DNA of 64,000 nt from Sphyrna mokarran (Eukaryota): the NCBI GenBank assembly GCA_024679065.1, contig JAGIQG010000005.1, positions 82,336,001-82,400,000 of the forward strand, given 5' to 3'. Below, in pieces: positions 11,340 through 23,765 of the stretch. The notes beneath the pieces were generated by a model, which was not told the origin of the DNA, did not search any database, and worked only from the letters and a program-made list of their open reading frames with translations. A program made the position numbers and the translations under genes. The stretch's first letter is position 1. Each line of letters begins with the position of its first letter.

Positions 11340-12965
11340 AGAATGGGTAGATGAGGTAATTAAAGTACATGTGGGATACTTACCTTTATTAGCTGAGGCA
11401 TAGAATATCAGAGCAAGGAAGTTAAAGTTGTATAAACTGCTCATTTGGTCACAGCTAGAGCACTCTGCACAGTTCTAGGCTTTAAATAGTGCAGCAGGCA
11501 GAGAGAATCATACACTGGCTGATTTGAGGGATTCCTGCAAGTGTTCATACTGCGTTTGTCCAGATCAGAATTCCCGATGGCATCTATGCAGTACTGGAAA
11601 GGCAGGGCTACCATTTAAATAGTTTTTAACAAACTATTTCAATGTTATTAGTGGGCCCAGAGACTGAATTTCCTTGACCCATTGGTGAGTTACACTCCGC
11701 CAAAGTATTTCACTCCTGTGGGCATTAAAATAGCTCCCCATGTTCAAGAGCTAGTGGCCTTAACACACTGGAGTGAATGGGGGCAATCAGGCCCTCCCTA
11801 GGGGAGTCAGGTAGTGGGGGAGTGCCCCCAAGGCATGGGCACCCTGGCAGTGCAAGGGATCCCCTAGGCACTGCCAATCAGACATGTGATGGTGCCAAAG
11901 GGCAGGGCCTAGAGAGTGCAGTTTAGAGAGTGATTTATGAGGGTGGGGGCTCCCATTGCCACTCTGCCATTGCAATCGATGGGGGCTGAAGGGAGGCCAG
12001 TGATCAGGATGTGTGGGGGTCAGCCGAGGGTGGTGGGGGGTTGCCACGAGGGTCTGCCTGCAGGAAGGTGAGGGGATCGCCACTATTGGGGGAGAGGGGG
12101 GAGCTGAGATCAAGGCGGCTCTGGATGGTGGGACAGAGGGGGGAGGCGTCATGGACTGGGCTGCAAATGGACGGGTAGCTGTGATCGGGCCATGGGGGTG
12201 GCTGGGGGGGCAGCACTGTGGGGGTGCTGGGTTGGACAGCAATCAGGAGATTGAGAGTGTGACCCGCTGGTTTCAGCCTCTCCAGCGTGAATAGGCTCTG
12301 GTCCTGAAATTTAATAATACTCATGCTGGGTGATCTCTGCTGTGCACAGAGTGTGAGAGTGTGAGCTGATTGATAAAAAATGGTGTGAATGACTCCCATT
12401 TTCCCGCGAGTTTGATACTTGAGATTATTTTGGGAGGATCATCCCCCCCACCTTGTCCTCATACTTTCAGAAGGATGTGATTTTACTAAAAGGGCTGCAG
12501 AGGAAATTCACCAAGATGTTGCCAGAGCTGAAGTGTTTTAGCTATGGTAAGATGCTGTCCAGGTTGCAGTTGTTTTCCTTACAGAAGAGAAGGCTGAGAG
12601 GGGACATGATCAAAGTATAGAAAATATGATGGGCAGAGGGAGGGTAGATAGAAGAGAACATCTCCCTTTAGCAGAGGAGATAATAACTGGGGGGGCCATA
12701 AATTTAAGGTAAGGAGATTTAGAAGGGATTGGGCTAAAAACATATTCACGAAGAGCCTGGTGGGAATCTGGAATTCCCTGTGTGAAAAGATGATAGACGT
12801 GAGAACCTTCCCAGAATTTAAAAAATATTTAGATGAGTGCTTGAAATACCATAGCATACAGACTAAACACTGGAAAATGGGATTAGAATAGATAGGTGCT
12901 TGATGGTCAGCATGGACATAATGGGCTGAAGGGCATCCTTGTGTGCTGCAAATTTCTATGACTCA
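11340..12965 (+). mobile_element. CR1 LINE 3' fragment interrupted at ~11480-12447
   Basis: Degenerate ORF2 sequence (RLRGDMIKV; GIWNSL) and a GGGCTGAAGGGC...TTTCTATGACT tail. Confidence 0.75.
11480..12447 (-). mobile_element. GC-rich non-autonomous TIR element, family of 6071-7163
   Basis: Contains GTGCACAGAGTGTGAGA and a terminal TTTGGGAGGATCATCCCC, the reverse complement of the family's left end. Confidence 0.6.
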
Positions 12966-13009
12966 TGTGCTGGAAGGATTTGTAGGCAGATACTCAAACT
13001 GTTTGGTAA

Positions 13010-13292
13010 ACATAGAATCATAGAAATCATTGAATAATAGAAATCATAGAGGCCACCTGGCTCACTAAGTCTGCACTGACTACAACCCCAGCCAGACCCA
13101 GCCCCATATCCCTACATATTTACCTGCTAATCCCTCAAACCTATGCATCTCAGGACACTGCGGGGCAATTTAGCATGACCAATCAATCTAACCCACACAT
13201 CTTTGGACTGTGGGAGGAAACTGGAGCACCTGGAGGAAACCCACACGGATACGAGGAGAATGTGCAATCTCCACAGAGGCAGTAACCCAAGT
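13010..13292 (-). mobile_element. HE1/V-SINE fragment
   Basis: CACATCTTTGGACTGTGGGAGGAAACTGGAGCACCTGGAGGAAACCCAC is the antisense V core; a (CATAGAAAT)n tail is present. Confidence 0.85.
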
Positions 13293-13586
13293 AACTTTAT
13301 GAAAACACTTTCCTTGGCCATCAAGTCTTGGAGTTGGACTTGAAGCTGAAGTTCTATCCACTGCATCAAAAGACCATATCACTTCCCTTCTTAACCACCT
13401 CCCCACTCGATACCACCTTCCGCCACCCCTGGCCAAGCTTATTTAAATCCTTCCAAAATTTAAATCCTTCCAAAATCCACTCTGCCTGTCTCCACTGACC
13501 TGCTGGCTGTATTTAAAATTGATAAGTCACCAAGGCTAAACATGATGCATCCAAGGATACTGAGAAAATTATGGATGGAAATTAAT

Positions 13587-15350
13587 AACATAAGAACTAG
13601 GAGCAGAGGGCGGCCATTTGGCCCTCAAGACTGCTCTACCATTCAATAAGATCATGGCTGATCTTTTCGTGGACTCAGCTCCACTCACCTACCTGCACAC
13701 TATAACCCTTAATTCCTTCACTGTTCAAAAATTTTCTATCTTTGCCTTAAAAACATTCAATGAGGTAGCCTCAACTGCTTCAGTGGGCAGGGAATTCCAC
13801 AGATTCACAACCCTTTGTGTGAAGAAGTTCCTCCTCAACTTAGTCCTAAATCTGTTTCCTCTTATTTTGAAGCGACGCCCCATAGCTCTAGTTTCACTGC
13901 CAGTGGAAACAACTTCCCTGCTTCTATGTTATCTATTCCCTTCATAATCTTAAATGTTTCTATAAACTCTCCCCTCATTCTCCGAATTCCAATGTATAGC
14001 CCCAGTCTACTCAATTTCTCCTCATAAGCCAACTCTCAACTCTGGAATCAACCTAGTGAATTTCCTCCAGTGCCAATATACCCTTTCTCCCAAAACTGTA
14101 CACAGTACTCCAGTGTGGCCTCACCAGCACCTTGTATAACTGCAACATAATCTCGTTGTTTTAAACTCCATCCCTCTAGCAATCCCATTTGCCTTCTTAA
14201 TTAGCTGCTGCACCTGCAAACCAACTCCTTGAGATCCCTAACAAGGACACCCAGATCCCTCTGCACAGCAGCATGCTGCAATTTTTTATCATCTAAATAA
14301 TAATCCACTTTGCTGCGATCCCTACCAAAATGGATGACCCCACATTTACTAACATTGTACTCCATCTGCCAGACCTCCATCCACTCGCTTAGGCTATCTA
14401 TTCCTTTGCAAACTTTCAGCGCCCTCTGTGCACTTTGCTCTGCCACCCATTTTATCATCATCAGTGAATTTTGATACACCCCACTTGGTCCTCAACTCCA
14501 AATCACCTATGCAAATCGTAAACAATTGCAGTCCCAACACTGATCCCTGAGGCACACCACTAGTCACTGATTGTCAACCAGAAAAATATCCATTTACCCC
14601 CACTCTTTGCTTTCTGTTAGTTAACCAACCCTCTATATATGCTAATACGGTATCAGTAACACTCTGCACCTTTATCTTATGCAGCAGTCTTTGGTGTGCA
14701 CCTTATCAAATGCTTCTGGAAATCCAGATACACCACAAGTTCCCCATTGTCCACTGTGCATGTAAAGTTTGCAAAACATTCCACCAAATTAGTCAAACAT
14801 GACCTGGCCTTTGTGAAACCATGCTACGTCGTACCAATGGGACAATTTATATCCAGATGTCTCGTTATTTTTTTCTTGATGATAGATTTAAGTACTTTCC
14901 CTACTGCAGAAGCTAAGCTATAGTTATAGTTACCTGTTTTTTCTCTCCCTCCTTTTTCAAACAGTGGCATCACATTTTCTGTTTTCCACTGTGCAGGAAC
15001 CATTTCAGAGTCCAGTGAATTTGGTAAATTACCATTAATGTATTTGCTATTTCCCCACCATTTCTTTTAGTACCGTGGGCTGCATTCCATTGGGGTCAGG
15101 AGACTTATCTACCTTTAGCCCCATTAGCTTGCCCAACACTACTTCTTTAATGATCATTTCTAGGTCTCACTAGCCATAGGCTTCCCGTCGTCAATTTTTG
15201 GCATGTTATTTGTGTCTTCCATTGGGAAGAACAACACAAAATACCTGTGCAATGCCTCAGCCATTTTCTCATTTTCAGTTATTACTTCCCCCTTCTCATT
15301 CTCTAAAGGACCAATGTTTACATTAGCCACTCTTTTTCCTTTTGTATATT
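13587..15350 (-). mobile_element. CR1 LINE ORF2 fragment (RT and 3' end), degenerate
   Basis: Minus-strand remnants include WQMEYNVSKCGVIHFGR...QRDLGVLV and NIGPLENEKGEVITENEKMAEALHRYF. The tail TAACATAAGAAC is at 13587. It interrupts an older + strand CR1 (13505-13585 resuming at ~15410). Confidence 0.9.
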
Positions 15351-16179
15351 TGTTTTTATATTCTGAGCTGGTAAATTGCAGAGCTGGCACCATTAATTTT
15401 TCATTCCTCCTTAGTTACAGAGCTAGTGTCAGAGGACTGGAGAATTGTTAAGATTGCACAGTTGCTCAGAACAGAGTGTAAAAATAAACCCCTACACAGA
15501 ATGTAAGGATAAAATCTACTTGCTAATCAGTTAAACTTCAGTGGTGGGGAAGCTCCTAGAAATAATCATCCAGGACATAATTAACAGCTACTGGACAAGT
15601 AAGGATTAATTATGCAAAACCAGCATGGATTTGTTAAAAGAAAATTGTATTTAACTAATTTAGTTGAGTTTTTGTTGAGGCAACAGTTGATGTGTATATG
15701 GATCTAATAAACTGCTGCTTGAAAGTCTTGCCAGCAAAATGGAAGATCATAGAATAATCAGAACAATGACAGTGAGGTTATGAATCTGCTGTGTGACAGA
15801 AAACACAGGAATTTGTGATGAGGTGTTGACTTTTGTGTTGAATAAAGCTATATGTTAGTGTTGGTATTAAGATCAGTGTTTTTGACATCTGTTAATGACT
15901 TGGAAAGTGGTGAACAGGAAACAATTTTAAAATTTGCAGATGGCACAAAATTTGAAATGTTATGAACTGTGAGGAGGATAGTGAAACTTCAAGGGGATGT
16001 GACACATGAAATTTAATGCAGAAAAGTGTGAAACAGTACATTTTATGAGATGAACAAAGAGAGGAAATTTAATGTAAAGGGTACAATTCTAAAGAGGATG
16101 CAGGAACAGAGAGAACTGTGGGAGTATGTCCACAAGTATACAATTCCATAAAACACTGAGAGAATATTACACCCTTAGA

Positions 16180-16430
16180 CGTGACACCTTTGACATGAGA
16201 TTTAAACCCAGGCCTCACCTCTTTGCTCAGGTGGATGCAGGAGTTCCCTGGGCACTACTTTGAAGAAGATAGGATGGTGTTTGCATCAACATTTATCCCT
16301 CTAAAACATCTAGTCATTCTCAAGCTACTGTGTTTCCTACACTGACTAGAAGTCTTCACTTTCTGCTAAGTGCTTTAAGATGCTGGGTGATTGTTAAAAG
16401 CATCATAAATGCAAGTCTTTGTTTTTCTTT
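16180..16430 (+). mobile_element. SacSINE1/Deu-SINE-like fragment
   Basis: CTCAGGTGGATG...GGCACTACTTTGAAGAAG...ACATTTATCCCTC...TAAATGCAAGTCTTT matches the recalled Deu-SINE core and tail. Confidence 0.65.
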
Positions 16431-16761
16431 CAAACTGTTGGAGGCGATAGAGAAAGTTGAGAAAGCAGTTACAGGATCCTGAGCTTTCTGCATCGAGGCA
16501 GAGTTCAAAATCAAGGACCTTTATCATAAACCTTTATAAAGCATTGGTTCAGCATTGCACTTTTGGAAATGATGTATAGGTTTCAGGGAGAGTACAGAAA
16601 AAAAGTTACGAGAATCGTTCCAGGGATGAAAGAAGTCAGTTACATGGGTCAACTGGAGAAGCTGGGGTTATTCTTCTAAAAGGAGAGAAGATAAAGCAGA
16701 GTTTGATAAGGTTGTTCAAAATCGTGAGCTGTCTGGATGGAATAGAGACTATTTCCATATG

Positions 16762-16860
16762 TCACCGAACAGGCACCGGGGTGTGGTGACTCGCGAATTT
16801 TCACAGTAACTTTATTGCAGTGTTAATGTAAACCTGCTTGTGACACTGATAAATAAATAA
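16762..16860 (+). repeat. Short interspersed SINE-tail repeat (TTTCACAGTAACTTCATTGCAGTGTTAATGTAAGCCTACTTGTGACACTAATAAA)
   Basis: Three copies in the window: 16762-16860, ~41765-41905 and ~52910-52985. Confidence 0.75.
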
Positions 16861-17210
16861 AGTCAATCAAATAAAATTTAAACAAAATGTGTGCAAGGGT
16901 CAAGAGCTAGAGGGCAAATGAAGAACAAGAGCAACATGAGGGAAAACCATTCATCACAGCAAAAGGATTGGACCTAGTATGCATTGAGAATGTACTGGGG
17001 ACAGATTCTCTTGTGACTTTCAAAAGGGCATTAAATAAGCATCTGGGAGAAGGATTTAGAGGGATATGGAGAAAGACATGGTGAGTGGAACTAGCTAAAT
17101 TGTGCTTGTAGAGAGTTAGCATTGACTTGATGGGCTGAACATCCTCTTCTTTGCTGTAGTTATTCTATGATTCTATTCTCTTTCCTTGGACTTTTATACC
17201 AATGTTAGTC

Positions 17211-17700
17211 TGAAGAACAACACCTCATCTTTCAATTCTGCACTCAGCCACTTCCTGGACTCAAATTGAGTTTACCAATTTCAGATCATAATTTCATAAC
17301 CTCATAATCTCCAATTTTATTCAGCCATCAGCTGTTAGAAATGATTCTCCTATTGCCACTTATACTTCCTCTGGATCAATCTTTTGTCTCTTTATTTCCC
17401 CCATTGCCATCTACTTCTGCCTTATGCTATTATCCTTTTTGTTGTTTAATCTCTCCTGTCTCCACCTTACCTTTTGTTCTTGTCTCTGCTCCTGCATTTT
17501 CCTGCCTTTGTACTTGCATAAAGCCTGTGACCTCTCTAAATTTTTCTAATAGGAGGCAGCCAATTTAGAGCTACCGATGCCAAAGCGGGTTATTGAAAAG
17601 GCCCACATTGCTTCTTCAGGACTGTGTCTCAGTTGTTTGCTGAAATGTGTTTCTCCCTCCCAAGATGCTGCCTGATCTGCTGACTATTTTCTATTTTTAT
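17211..17700 (+). mobile_element. Penelope-like retroelement 3' relic
   Basis: GAAGAACAACACCTCATCTTT encodes EEQHLIF (end of the GIY-YIG domain), followed by a pyrimidine-rich UTR and a GATGCTGCCTGATCTGCTGA terminus. Confidence 0.55.
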
Positions 17701-18672
17701 TACACATCAGAATGGCAAGACAGTCAACAGTCTTGGGAAAGGAAAAGGTTGAAAAGAGACATTACATTGTTCAGTTTAGAATGTACATTCTCCACCTTTC
17801 TCTTATAGTTAGTTTGTAGTGAAGGGCTTACTCTGCAATAAGAACTTAGCATGTTCAGCCAAATATCACAATGAGAGAGGGAGCCAATGCTACATTTCTT
17901 CCCTTGATTTATTTCGCACATATGTCTAGGAAAGATTTAGTGTGGTGCTTCTCTTATTCTTTGGATGGGTATGAAATCTTTTCAAGGATGTGTGGGATGA
18001 CAAATGATCTGTTCTATGATCCGGTTATGTCAAAGTGAGGTTAAACTTGTCAGACCTTGTTCTGCAACACTGTTGGTAGCCATATGTATGAAGCCATTTT
18101 TGTGTAGTTGCACGAAAACTCGATTGCATCCAACTTGTTGTCAACCTCTCCTACCAGAAAAAGGCAAACTGTTTTTTATTTTGACCAAATGTTTTACATT
18201 ATGTTGAAAGAAACAAAATTCCAAGAAGGAAAGAGTAAAAAAAATTTTCATCTATTTGAAGATTCACTCATTATGCATTAAGTCGATCTTTGCCACAAAA
18301 GCAGGGATCAGGACAATTCTCTGTTGCAGCGCCTGCCTCAGGAAAAAGTGCCCCATCAGATTCAATTTCTTTTCGATTTGGGGGTGAGTGGACAGCATTC
18401 AGAGTTGGGCCAGACCCACCCACCTTGGATACAGGTAGGAGGTGGTTGCAGGGCTGCCAAATGCAAAGCTGAACAGTTTAAATGGTCTGACTCACCTCTG
18501 TGGGACTTGGTCTCAGTTGTTTCCTGAAAGTTTAGGCACTCTGGCCCTCAACCCTTCAAATCTCATCTCCCTTCCCCCCATCCATTTTCTCTGTCACCTT
18601 CATTGTTAAAGGGATAAGGATTTAAATAACACCACCGCTTGATGAATCTACAGGCCTTATCCGCCTTCCACG

Positions 18673-19849
18673 AGCATTTATGCTAACTCTAAAAATTAGT
18701 GATTTTTTAACATTGCAGGTTAAAGTCCTTGCTACATTGAAAATGAGGCATGTTTGAACTGAGTTCAAATGGTTCTGCATAATTTGGATTTCCCTTGTGT
18801 GTGAATCATACTCTATATCCTTTCACCTACAAATGAAAATGGCCCAATGTTGTGAATGTGAATAGATCTCCTGAAACCAGGCCCTGTCACTGATTTTTAA
18901 AGGTCCATGTACTCTCTGTGACTTTGCGATGATGCAACCCATCATGTTCACATAGGCAGAACATCACATTGGGGAAAATCATCAGTGGCTTGGGAAATCT
19001 GGAACAGGCGTTGCTATGGATTTTTAACACAGCCAAAGTTTTAGCATTCTGCTTCAACTAATGGGAACAGGAGGATATGATAAGGATGCGAACCTGACAA
19101 TTAAAGGCTCCTTATTCAAAGGATCACTGGTGTGCTTCAGAATGGTCCCATTAGAGAACTGAGAGGAAAGAGGATAAGCATAATGATGGAGGGTCAACAT
19201 AACAAGGCTATTTAGTCTACCTCACACTGCTTTTGTCCTCTGAGACATCTCTGGAGGTAATGCTGCAAGTTGTAAGAGACAAGGGATAACATTGTTCCAT
19301 CAGATAGGAGAGAGATACCAGCCTTGAAATAGAAGAAAGTATGTTTGGAAATAACCAAGGATGTGAATAGCTGGAGTGTGTCAAGTCCCACTTGAATGCT
19401 GGAATATGGTACTTCATATATGGATATTGTGTCAAAATAGAATAGAAAAGATGAGTGGCATCCCACATTAACATACCTAACCTAGCCTTCTCCTCTCTTT
19501 GTTTGCAGAAGAAGAAAAAAGCAGAGCATCAGGGAGAAATGAGAATCAGAGGTGTCCTTCTAGTCATTGTCATTCTGATAATGGGTTGCATCATCGCAAA
19601 GTCACAGAGAGTCCATGGACTTTAAAAATCAGTGACAGGGCCTGGTCTCAGGAGATTTATGCACATTCACAACATTGGGCCATTCCCATTTGTAGGTGAA
19701 AGGATGTAGGATATGTTTCACACACACAAAGGAAATCCAAATTATGCAGAACTATATGAACTCAGTTCAAACATGCCTCATTTTCAATGTAGCAAGGACT
19801 TTAACCTGCAGTGTGAGAATCACAAATTTTTAGAGTTGGCATAAATGCT
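18673..19849. repeat. Long inverted repeat, arms 18673-18942 and 19581-19849
   Basis: The arms are reverse complements over ~270 bp with scattered mismatches (e.g. GCAGGTTAAAGTCCTTGCTACATTGAAAATGAGGCATGTTTGAACTGAGTTCA in both). Confidence 0.95.
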
Positions 19850-21099
19850 AAAATAATTAGCTAGCTCTGCACTCACCACACCTATAAGCAATAGGCATTT
19901 CTACTCATGTTCTGCAATTAAGTTGCATCCCCCAAGTTCCCTAGTATTTTCTGAACTTTTCTAAGGAGTGTCCCCTCATTTAAATATATGATAATAAGAG
20001 TCAATGGCATTTAAGATACATATTGCCTGCTTCAATATGTGGGAGGGTGTAATTTGGCTTATGAAAAAGATTGTGAGTAAGTCAGAAGTTGATTCTCGCA
20101 TCCAATTTTCTTTCCGCTGAGTTTACAGAACAATAGTTCAAACTTTTATTGAAGATTCGTTTACTAGTCTCACTGTCACTTTTAATTGGCTTGAAATTAA
20201 AAATCTTGGCAATATTTTCCAAGGCAATGTAAAATAAAAACTTGTGCAAGGAAAATTCATCTGCCAATTTGCTTCAAATTCATCTCATACCACTGGTGTA
20301 GACCAATTTCATCTCCTCTGAAAAATACTCATGGCAGCTTTGGCTGGGAATTATAAACTGCAGCTGTTTCCAGGATTAGCTGAGATTGATAGGAGTGTCT
20401 CTGAGACTGAAGATCGATTAGCAATTCTACAGCTGGAAAATATTTTTACCAGTAATTCTATTGCCTACAGACAGCTGGTCATTCTTCTCACTGCCTCTGA
20501 CAGGATCAGAGCTCCAGAAGATATTGTGGCATCCCAAGCCCCCTCCAACTCCTGCCCCTACTGAGAACTTTGCTGGAGTACATATACTAGTAAATCCATT
20601 CATAAATAGCCATAGATGATGAGAGAGCATAGGTATCTCTGGTAAAAGGCAGACAAGTTTGATTTTATATCAAGCATGGATGATCACAAATCTCCCCCAT
20701 TCTTACTGCTTGCCATAGAGACATTAAAAGGATTAACAGGTTGATTATCACACTAGTTTGACCACATCTTGAATGCTCCTTCCATAGCCATCAAGTCCTG
20801 GAGTAAGACTTGAACCTGGAACTTCTGACTCAATGCAGTGCCACAGAGAGACCAATGCAAGACGTTCATTGGCTATGAGCTTACAGCTTGACCGATATCT
20901 GTTCCTGGATGAACTGCAGTTTTCTCCACTTAAACATTAGGAAGAACAAAGCTATCTTCTCTGGATCCCGCCACAAACTCTGTTTCCTTGTCCCAGTTTC
21001 ATACTCTTCAACATTTTCCCACATTGAACCAGACTAATTGCACTTTGTTTATCCAATTAGACAATTAACTGAACTTCTGACCTCATATTCTATTTATCA

Positions 21100-21560
21100 C
21101 AAAGACTGACTTTTTCCAACTATGTAACATTGACTACCTCAACCTACCCACTCCTGAAATTCTCATCCATGCCTCCGTCAGCTCCAGATTCAATTATCCA
21201 AGTGAGCTCTTGTTTGATTACCCATTTTCATCCCTCATTAACTTAAGCTAATCCATAATTCTACTTCTTGTATTTTATCCTACATCAAGTCCCATTCACT
21301 CATCACTCCATGTTCACTCAATGATATTGGTTCTTAGACACCCAGAACATTAAAGTTAAGTTTCTCAATCTCAAGTTTAAATCTCTTCATGGCTTCAGTG
21401 ATCCCTGTCTCCACATCCTTTTCTTGCTTTATGGTCCTGTGTGACAAAATGTTTGGTTATTCTTGCTAATACTTTTCTTCTTTCATTCTGCATTGACTTC
21501 TATGTGACGAAACTTCATTTAAGCTCCTCGAGACATTTTTGCTGTGTTGAAGGCAATTTT
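21100..21560 (+). mobile_element. L2 LINE ORF2 C-terminal fragment
   Basis: GAAATTCTCATCCATGCCTCCGTCAGCTCCAGATTCAATTAT encodes EILIHASVSSRFNY (L2 motif LIHAFVxSRLDY); ITP-like remnants follow. Confidence 0.7.
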
Positions 21561-21949
21561 GAAGTTGATGTTATTTTTCATGTTATGTTAGAATGGTGAC
21601 TGCTGCATTCATCCATCATGGCATTTCCAGCAGTCACAACCAATCTCTGTATTATCAGCCAGGCTGCAGTAATTCATCAGATAATTAATGTTCTTTACGG
21701 GTGAATTGGTTCATTTATCACCTTTGGTAACACACCAAGGTAACAGTGAATTAGAGCCACGGAGTGACACTGGGTTGTTGGGTTTCTCAGTGGTAAGGGT
21801 GCGATTGATAATACACACATTGCTTTTATGTTCCCACAAAACACAGCATACATTACATCAATAGAAAAGGATTCCACTTCTCTTGTGCACACATTGGGCT
21901 GGATTTTACAGCCCTTTGCGCTGTAATGTTCTATGTTCTATGTTCTATG

Positions 21950-22075
21950 TTTACCTGGAGGAAACCCATGTAGACATGGAGGGATGTGCAGACTCCACAC
22001 AGAGACCCAAGCCAGGAATCAAACCTGAGTCTCATGCTACGAGACAGCATTGTTAATCACCAGGCTGCTCTGCAA
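21950..22075 (-). mobile_element. HE1/V-SINE 5' fragment
   Basis: CCTGGAGGAAACCCATGTAGACATGG...CTCCACACAG...CCAGGAATCAAACC is the antisense head and core. Confidence 0.7.
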
Positions 22076-22159
22076 TAGAATTGCAATGATTTGATCAGTT
22101 CAGATGTGTCTAACTCCTTCCTATTGTAAAATGGGAGTGAATGTCAATGAACGCATCAA

Positions 22160-22283
22160 TGGGGCAAATTTTCCCAATCCACTCTTCACAGGAATCAGAG
22201 GGGGTGAGGGGCGCATCATGGAAAGATCTATTGACCACGGTGAGACTTTATGGTTTCCAAATAAGCACAGCTGTAAAATCCCC
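22160..22283. mobile_element. ~125-bp MITE-like element
   Basis: Ends are GGGGCAAATTTTC and GTAAAATCCCC. Related copies lie at ~4595-4732, ~33335-33460 and ~59480-59602. Confidence 0.55.
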
Positions 22284-23119
22284 TAAAGGAAGGTTGTTTG
22301 AATTTTAGCGTCAGGAAGAGTGCCTGGATTTTGCAGTCAGCACCAAAGTCAGGCCATTTATCATCGACCTTGAAGCTTGAAGAAAACTGTCCACAAAGAC
22401 CTAGCAATCTCTGTGCTATGGATTTCATCTGTTCCATTTTGAATCCAATGCTAAGGTGATCTCCAGTAATAGTGGTGTCATCAAACCAAAGAAGCAACTA
22501 ACCACATTGAAGTCTATTCCTCGACTGCAAACCTGCCTGATCTTTTCCAAGAATGTGAGTCTTAGGGCCTGATTTTATCATCAAGTTGCGCCCATTTATG
22601 AGTGCAAAAACTTGGTAAAGTCGGGCATGAGGCAAGGCGATCCATGTCTGCCTCCGTGCTGGTTTTCCTTCTACAAAGGCCCAAAACTGGCTGTGATCGG
22701 GATTGCACCCGAAATGGGCATGATGGCCATTTAAATTGAATGCCTTCAATCCCTCCTGCATTCTCTGGCTCTGTTGCTGCATCTCCACCAGCTGAGAGAG
22801 AAGCGATCTCTGAGGCCCAGCATGTAGCCTGGGGCCAGCGGAGTCCTCAGCTCCGGCAGGCCCGCACCACCCAGAGGCCTCAGATACTCCGGCCTGTACC
22901 TGATGTACATCAGCAGTTGTGTTGTGCTCATCAGTGAGTCAACCAGGAGTTTCACCACTAACTGAACCCATCAACATGTCAGTATCTGGGTTGGTAAATT
23001 ATGAGGTGGTAGGCATTCAAGAAGCCTTTTTTCTATATTCTGCATTACTCTTTAAAAACATTGCATTGCAAGATAATATCTAAGCACACTTCTGGGGAGA
23101 GCACCTTGAATTTACCATA

Positions 23120-23765
23120 GCTTTGGCTCAGATGTAACTGTCTCACATCTGAGTCAGAAGACTATCGTTTCAAGCCACATTCCAAAGAATTGATCACATA
23201 ATCCAGGCTAACACTTCATTGCAGCACTAAGCTAGTTTAGCCTCATTTGCTCCTTCTAGTAGATGTTAAAGAAATGGCAGTATTTGAAGAAGGAAAATAT
23301 GGATTGTGAGTGTTTTTTTTAAAGTCAAAACATATGACTAAAAGTCTCCACAAGCACTCTTAGTTAAGTAACCTTAAACAAGTTCTTTATGAACTGCTAC
23401 TGGCAAAACTGCACCTTTTTAAATAATGACGCACATCCTTCAGGACAGATGGGAAAATTGAAGTTTTGGAATTTAAAACAGGAGACTGCATCCTATAATG
23501 CATCCATTATGTGGCTGATATGGGAGGGCAAATAATTTTTCACCATTGAATTATCCTGGCCAGCATTATTCTTCAATAATAGTTCTATAAGGAATGTCCC
23601 GGCCAATATTTATCCCTGAACCAATCTAACTAAAACTTATTTTATGATTAACCCCATGACTGTTTGTACGACCTCACTGTGTATAAATTGGCTGCCATCA
23701 TTATCAACTTTACAACATGGTCCTTGAAATGCTTTGAGAGATACTGTATTTCTTTCTTTCCCTTC
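23120..23765 (+). mobile_element. SacSINE1/Deu-SINE-like element, split
   Basis: tRNA-like head TCTGAGTCAGAAG...TTCAAGCCAC at ~23150 and Deu core CCGGCCAATATTTATCCCTG...AAATTGGCTGCC at 23595-23700. Confidence 0.6.

Larger units (their letters stand above)
15410..17180 (+). mobile_element. Older CR1 LINE ORF2 fragment with SINE insertions
   Basis: Degenerate CAGCATGGATTTG (QHGF), AAATTTGCAGATG (KFAD) and a GGGCTGAA...TTCTATGATTCTAT tail. Confidence 0.75.
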
